Shown in pieces: positions 59,857 through 64,000 of a DNA stretch of 64,000 bases; positions within the stretch are counted from its first letter, which is position 1; each line of letters begins with the position of its first letter. The position numbers were made by a program, and so were the translations under genes. This DNA is from Butyricicoccus pullicaecorum. Lineage in GTDB: Bacteria > Bacillota > Clostridia > Oscillospirales > Butyricicoccaceae. The DNA lies in assembly GCA_018366195.1 (NCBI GenBank), contig JAGZIN010000001.1, positions 16,481-80,480 of the forward strand. The letters run 5' to 3'. The notes under the pieces are model-generated. The model saw only the letters and a list, made by a program, of their open reading frames with translations, ran no database searches and was not told the origin of the DNA.

Positions 59857-62256
59857 ATGCAAACACGATTGCAGTTAACAAAATTTGATGATTTTTGGAA
59901 ACCTTTGAGTGCGCGGCAGCCAGCGGGAGTTTATTTTTGCAGGATTGCCGGATATGGTCCAGACCTTGTGCACTTTTTGGAACAGGCGATGCAGAAACGC
60001 ACACAAATGCCAATGCGCATCACCGGAAAGCTGCAAAATCCGAATGGCAACCAGCTGAGTTATTTACAGAGTGTGTTGGGGGACACGTTTCAATGTGACA
60101 CAGCTTTTTTTGAAGCACAGCTTGTAAAGTGGCTGCCGCGTTTGAACCAGACACAGCGCACCCAAATTGCAGAGGCAATCGGTCAGGTGCTTGAAACACA
60201 GCGCGCACAGGGGAAAAACGATAATATGCTGCGCAATGCGTATATAAAGTTTATGTGCTGGCTGTATTATCGCTTTGAACAGCTCCTGCATCTGTTGGGG
60301 AAAGACCCGCTGCCGCGTATCTTATATGATGGGGATTTAAGCAGTCATGAGTTTCAGTTGTTTTGTATTCTGGCTCGGGCAGGCTGTGACATTCTGCTGA
60401 TTGAACCGGCAGGAGATGCGCAGTATCAAAAGCTTGACCCGCAGAATCAACAGTCTGCGCTGTGTGCATGGGCGGGACATGCACCCTTTCCACCTGATTT
60501 TTCGTTGGAGCAGATGGTAAAGACCTATCGTCCGCCTGCACAGAGTTCGCGTCCGGCTGAGACACCCGCCCGTCCCCAAACCGTGCAGCCGTCTCCACGT
60601 CCGGCGGCGCCGATTCGCACACAACAGACGGCGAACCCACAGTCGGCAGATACACGGCAGAGAGCGCAGCCGCAAAGACAGCGCACACCAGCAGAGCTGT
60701 TTCCAGATGCACCTGTGATTGCGCCGAATACATGGCTTTCCGGAAACCTGCCAGCCGATTCCCTGAAGGAGCCTGCCAGCCGCGGAGAGAATGACGACTA
60801 TATCTATACCATGTTTGTTCGTATATTGGGTGTGGAGGACAAATCTTCTTATGAACGGGATTTGTTTTTGTGGCGAAAAAAATTGGAGGATACGGGAAGG
60901 CATGTGACCGTTTTGGAGGAGTTTTCCCTGCCAACGCCAGAGGAAACCGCGAGGGTTGCACGCAGCAATGCGCAAAGTGGTGCACAGGTCATCTCCAGTC
61001 TGCTGCCGATGCTCCAGCCAACGGCAAACCATCGGCTAGATGCTGCGGTCGGCCGTGCATTTGTGGAGATTTTGACCGAGCTGGACAGGGAACATGAGCC
61101 TCCCATGCGCATCAAGAACAAAGGTGTGTATCTCGTATGCTGGTTTAATCGTTATTTTCGATTGCTTTTTGAGGGATACAGTGCAGGAAAGCTGCCAATA
61201 TTGTTTTATTTTGGCCTTTGCCATACCGCCTTTGAAGCCTTATTCCTTCGTTTTCTGGCAAAGCTTCCCATTGATGTGCTGGAAATTTATCCAGAGCAGC
61301 CAGAGCCTTGCTGCCTTTCGGACAAGCTGTTATTTGAGCGCATCTATCCAAATACCATGCACGTAGCACATTTTCCGGAGTCTGCCGATGCCGTTTCCTA
61401 TCAGACAGCAGCCTACCATGCAGAGCAGGAGCTGACGGAAACCCTATATCAGGATTCAGGTTTGTACCGTGCGCATCAATATCAAAAGGCTGCGGCGGTT
61501 TCGCTGCAAACCATGTGCGAGGAAATTTTTATTTTATGGGATAAAGAGGCGCTGTATCGCCCGGGCTTTGAGGTTGTAGATGATACGGTACTGGTACCCG
61601 TTTTGACTGCAAAGGTCAGCGGTGTAAAAAATCGGGACACCAGTGCTTATTGGTCGCAGGTCAAGCGCATGGTAAATACAGATACCATTTGCATGACACG
61701 CCTGCCTTATATGCAGCCAGTCGAGGATACGCGTCTCAATCCGGTATCCTTTATTAAGAATAGAAAGCTGCAAAGAGAGGCACTGAAAAACAGTCCTGCC
61801 TATCCTTATGGGCTGCTTCGCTCGGAGGTACAGGATTTCCTGTTGGACAAGGTGCAAATGCTGTTGGATTCTGGATTGATTCGAGGCACCTTTTCCCAGG
61901 GAATGGAATATAAGATTTTATCGGTTGCCATGAATCTGCCCAAGGAAATCGTTCGCATATTGCAGAAGGCGGATTTTACACAGGCTGTTCCCAAAGTCGC
62001 TGTTGTGGCAACAGGAGAACAGTCCTGCAGCTTGGAGGACAGTATCCTTCTGGCACTTTTGCACAATGCCTGTTTTGATGTCGTGCTGTTCGTGCCAACC
62101 GGATATCAAATCATCGAGAAGTATTATACAGAGCCATTTTTTACCGAGCATCAGGCGGGCGAATATCTGTATGATTTGCAGCCGCCTTACCTGTCTGCGT
62201 CCTCACCCAGCGGTGAGGGGATTTTGAGTCGATTCTTTAGGAGGGGTCACACATGA
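59857..62256 (+). CDS. YceG-like protein (B. subtilis yceG homolog in TerD/TelA operons)
   Basis: 799 aa. It lies immediately upstream of telA and terD, as in the yceCDEFGH operon. Its N-terminal domain is shared with the protease fusion at 54888-56297. Confidence 0.7.
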   Translation: MQTRLQLTKFDDFWKPLSARQPAGVYFCRIAGYGPDLVHFLEQAMQKRTQMPMRITGKLQNPNGNQLSYLQSVLGDTFQCDTAFFEAQLVKWLPRLNQTQRTQIAEAIGQVLETQRAQGKNDNMLRNAYIKFMCWLYYRFEQLLHLLGKDPLPRILYDGDLSSHEFQLFCILARAGCDILLIEPAGDAQYQKLDPQNQQSALCAWAGHAPFPPDFSLEQMVKTYRPPAQSSRPAETPARPQTVQPSPRPAAPIRTQQTANPQSADTRQRAQPQRQRTPAELFPDAPVIAPNTWLSGNLPADSLKEPASRGENDDYIYTMFVRILGVEDKSSYERDLFLWRKKLEDTGRHVTVLEEFSLPTPEETARVARSNAQSGAQVISSLLPMLQPTANHRLDAAVGRAFVEILTELDREHEPPMRIKNKGVYLVCWFNRYFRLLFEGYSAGKLPILFYFGLCHTAFEALFLRFLAKLPIDVLEIYPEQPEPCCLSDKLLFERIYPNTMHVAHFPESADAVSYQTAAYHAEQELTETLYQDSGLYRAHQYQKAAAVSLQTMCEEIFILWDKEALYRPGFEVVDDTVLVPVLTAKVSGVKNRDTSAYWSQVKRMVNTDTICMTRLPYMQPVEDTRLNPVSFIKNRKLQREALKNSPAYPYGLLRSEVQDFLLDKVQMLLDSGLIRGTFSQGMEYKILSVAMNLPKEIVRILQKADFTQAVPKVAVVATGEQSCSLEDSILLALLHNACFDVVLFVPTGYQIIEKYYTEPFFTEHQAGEYLYDLQPPYLSASSPSGEGILSRFFRRGHT

Positions 62257-63380
62257 GTATTCATTTTGGTTCTCGTCCACCAGAGCCTGCGGTGCAGGCT
62301 GAGATGACAACAGAGATTGTACCATACAACATTCAAGATGACCGCGAGCAGATGACCAAGCAGCTCACCGGCACCAAGGAGGTCGATGATATCGCAAGCA
62401 CCATTGAGGTGTACAATTTGGAAACGATTGTCGGCTTTGGCGGAGAGGTCGCCGGAGAAATTGCAAAATGCTCCGATGCGGTGCTGAGCGGCATGAATAT
62501 GAGCCAAATTGATGATTCGGGTGCAATGCTCAATGCACTGAGCAAAATTATGGATAAATTCGACATTGATGAGATTCGGGACGATCCCGGTTTCTTTGGA
62601 CGATTGTTTTCCAATATGCGCAAGCAGCTGGACAAGATTCTGGATAAATACCGCACCATGGGCGATGAGGTGGATAAGATTTTCGTGCAGCTCAAGCAGT
62701 ATGAATCGGAAATCAAGGAATCCAACCGTAAGCTGGAGCAGATGTTTGAGACCAATGTGAATTATTATCATGAACTGGTAAAATATATTTTGGCAGGCGA
62801 ACAGGGCTGTCAGGAAATTGCTGCATACATAGAACAGCGGCGCGGCGATTTGCAGCAAACCGGTGACCAGTCCATTCAGTTTGAGCTGCAAACGCTGGAG
62901 CAGGCACAGATGATGCTGGAGCAGCGCACACACGACCTGCGCATTGCAGAAAATGTTGCGATGCAGTCCATTCCGATGCTCAAAACGATGCAGTTTGCCA
63001 ATATGAATCTGGTTCGAAAAATCAATTCTGCCTTTATTATCACGCTGCCTGTCTTTAAGCAGGCATTGGCACAGGCGATTTTGCTCAAGCGGCAGCGTAT
63101 TCAAGCAGAAGCGATGAGCGCATTAGATGAAAAGACCAATGAAATGCTGCTGCGCAATGCACAGAATACAGCGGAGCAGTCTCGTGTGACCGCACAGCTT
63201 GCATCGGGCAGCTCGGTTAAAATCGAGACGCTGGAGCAGACTTGGAAAACCATTGTGCAGGGCATTGCAGACACACGCAAGATTCAAGATGATGCACGGC
63301 ATCAGAGAGAACAGGATACCGAGCGTCTGCGTGCGATTCAGGGTGAATTTGAACAGATGATGCGCGGCGGACAGGCTTAA
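62253..63380 (+). CDS. telA: Toxic anion resistance protein TelA (YceH/KlaA family)
   Basis: 375 aa coiled-coil with the TelA pattern. Translationally coupled (ATGA overlap) to the YceG-like gene. Confidence 0.85.
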   Translation: MSIHFGSRPPEPAVQAEMTTEIVPYNIQDDREQMTKQLTGTKEVDDIASTIEVYNLETIVGFGGEVAGEIAKCSDAVLSGMNMSQIDDSGAMLNALSKIMDKFDIDEIRDDPGFFGRLFSNMRKQLDKILDKYRTMGDEVDKIFVQLKQYESEIKESNRKLEQMFETNVNYYHELVKYILAGEQGCQEIAAYIEQRRGDLQQTGDQSIQFELQTLEQAQMMLEQRTHDLRIAENVAMQSIPMLKTMQFANMNLVRKINSAFIITLPVFKQALAQAILLKRQRIQAEAMSALDEKTNEMLLRNAQNTAEQSRVTAQLASGSSVKIETLEQTWKTIVQGIADTRKIQDDARHQREQDTERLRAIQGEFEQMMRGGQA

Positions 63381-63421
63381 CGGTTCGCTGTCCAATCTGT
63401 CATAAAAAAGGAGAGATAATT

Positions 63422-64000
63422 ATGCCAATCAGCTTGCAAAAAGGACAGAAAGTAGACTTAACCAAGGGAAATCCAAGTCTTCGACATGTGCTTGTCGGTT
63501 TGGGCTGGGACGTCAATAAATATGATGGCGGCTTCGACTTTGACCTTGATGCCAGTGCTTTTCTGCTCGGTGCGAATGGACAGACTCCGGATACAGATGC
63601 CTTTGTATTTTATGGGAATCTCAAACATTCGTCAGGCTCTGTGGAGCACATGGGAGATAACCTGACCGGTGAAGGGGACGGCGATGATGAGCAGATTGTA
63701 GTGGACTTGTCTGCCATTCCGCAGAATATAGAAAAAATCGCCTTTACCGTGACCATTTACGAGGCGGAAAAGCGCCGTCAGAACTTTGGACAGGTTGCAA
63801 ATGCCTATATCCGCATTGTGGACAGCGATACCAATCAGGAGCTGATCCGCTATGATTTGGGTGAGGATTTCTCGATTGAAACCGCAATCGTTGTCGGTGA
63901 AATTTACAGACACAATGGCGAATGGAAGTTTAATGCAGTTGGCTCTGGATTCCAAGGCGGACTTGCAGCGCTTTGTGCCAATTACGGAATCGAAACCTGC
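63422..64000 (+). CDS. terD: TerD-family tellurium-resistance/stress protein (3' end may run past the window)
   Basis: [13 protein letters not shown]...GLGWDVN...[10 protein letters not shown]...[15 protein letters not shown] is the TerD Ca-binding fold. AAGGAGAG RBS. Confidence 0.85.
   Translation, partial: MPISLQKGQKVDLTKGNPSLRHVLVGLGWDVNKYDGGFDFDLDASAFLLGANGQTPDTDAFVFYGNLKHSSGSVEHMGDNLTGEGDGDDEQIVVDLSAIPQNIEKIAFTVTIYEAEKRRQNFGQVANAYIRIVDSDTNQELIRYDLGEDFSIETAIVVGEIYRHNGEWKFNAVGSGFQGGLAALCANYGIETC

Overview
This is a roughly 55% GC chromosomal segment from a spore-forming Firmicute. The Clostridia class is inferred from the yabP, yabQ and SpoVB/YabM-like genes together with the recJ-relA-dtd synteny. 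Most of the window is a dense, mostly plus-strand housekeeping backbone. It includes the tail of typA, ridA, uvrB, an EFR1-type flavodoxin/ferredoxin gene, uvrA, recJ, relA, dtd, a hemZ-like radical SAM gene, the yabM-mazG-hup-yabO-yabP-yabQ-divIC-yabR block, hpf, a VanW-family gene, ksgA, coaX, glyA and pgi. It also carries three tandem M42 peptidases and an NCS2 nucleobase permease. Two accessory modules stand out. The first (46.7-52.4 kb) is a selenium-utilisation, molybdenum-hydroxylase maturation gene set: a ModE-like HTH regulator, a Cys-type selD, yedF, a yqeB-family gene, a class V aminotransferase, a DUF3343 gene, a mocA/ygfJ-like gene and yqeC. The hydroxylase structural genes are not in the window. 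The second (54.0-64.0 kb) is a Ter-associated 'biosynthetic' stress island with a CitE-like lyase, a PRTase, a StiP/PRTase-like protein, a YceG-like protein, TelA and TerD. It is divergently paired with an operon encoding a YceG-N-domain::trypsin-protease fusion and an AIM24/DUF124 protein. Smaller points of interest are a second coaX paralog next to an ECF S component, a 905-aa Sel1-repeat protein, a low-GC patch between uvrA and recJ, and a membrane-anchored GH19-like hydrolase. I found no rRNA, tRNA, CRISPR or obvious mobile element.
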